Shown piece after piece: positions 31,899 to 32,000 of a stretch of 32,000 nucleotides of DNA. A program made the position numbers and the translations under genes. Position 1 is the first letter of the stretch. Each line of letters starts with the position of its first letter. The notes below the pieces were generated by a model. It searched no databases and was not told where the DNA came from. It was given only the letters and a program-made list of their open reading frames with translations. This DNA comes from Candidatus Nanosynbacter lyticus (GTDB lineage: Bacteria > Patescibacteriota > Saccharimonadia > Saccharimonadales > Saccharimonadaceae), in assembly GCF_030253515.1 (NCBI RefSeq), contig NZ_CP124549.1, forward strand, positions 270,001 to 302,000. Direction: 5' to 3'.

Positions 31899-32000
31899 TT
31901 ATGTTTTTGCTAGATAATCTCTCAGCATTACAAATCCATCAACCGCCTCAATCGCCGCCAAATATTCTTTCCACTCCTCATCATTCAGCTCTGCCAAGCT
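31899..32000 (-). CDS. C-terminal 33 codons of an unidentified protein (the gene starts beyond the right edge)
   Basis: The minus-strand frame is open from the edge: SLAELNDEEWKEYLAAIEAVDGFVMLRDYLAKT, with the stop at 31899..31901. Confidence 0.4.
   Translation of the reverse strand, partial: SLAELNDEEWKEYLAAIEAVDGFVMLRDYLAKT

Noticed and set aside
1-32000. Looked for CRISPR arrays, rRNA genes, transposases or IS elements, integrases and longer tandem repeats
   Set aside because: No regularly spaced direct repeats, rRNA signatures or transposase- or integrase-like ORFs were seen. The only repeat families found are the ~50-bp palindromic element and the 20-bp motif reported above.

Overview
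Gene-dense bacterial window read with the standard genetic code. Most genes are on the minus strand and most of the sequence is GC-rich, with several visibly AT-rich islets. No similarity search, HMM search, folding or statistics could be run, so every product call rests on motifs read by eye from the supplied translations and sequence. The gene content and style suggest a small-genome Patescibacteria/Saccharibacteria-like organism: a sigma-region-4/HARE-HTH protein, a type IV pilin, dprA, and many apparently leaderless genes. That taxonomic guess is a low-confidence inference.

Core genes:
- a partial membrane protein at the left edge
- a sigma-r4-like HTH protein
- topA
- dprA
- pth
- a TrmA/RlmD-type RNA methyltransferase
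- a type IV pilin
- tRNA-Gln(UUG)
- a P2-type cation ATPase
- a MacB/FtsX-type ABC transporter (ATPase plus two permeases)

A metal-homeostasis neighbourhood at 8.7-14.7 kb holds a Fur-family regulator, a nicotianamine-synthase-like enzyme, a COG0701 permease with its TIGR03943/DUF1980 partner, a TerC/DUF475-like membrane protein and a COG0523 CxCC GTPase.

Accessory, AT-rich parts:
- a tRNA-Gln-adjacent islet with a 430-aa protein carrying an RNxxxH (HEPN-like) motif, convergent with a soluble KAP-family P-loop NTPase
- a class-II-like Fic protein
- a GNAT-GNAT-ASCH fusion
- several unknowns

Most notable observations:
1. An imperfectly palindromic element of about 50 bp sits in frame inside two housekeeping genes, twice in the methyltransferase gene and one to two times in topA. 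It occurs in both orientations relative to translation, behaviour reminiscent of Rickettsia palindromic elements.
2. A 20-bp near-palindromic motif, TTGCGACATTGTCGCAATAA, occurs five times between 9.2 and 17.9 kb, always in the same orientation. One copy lies in the fur/NAS divergent promoter, two lie between convergent genes and two lie inside a CDS.
3. A transcription unit of about 315 nt with a perfect TTGACA-17-TATAAT promoter and a strong intrinsic terminator has no convincing ORF and no recognisable RNA class.
4. A -10-like hexamer lies 6-10 nt upstream of many start codons, implying leaderless mRNAs.
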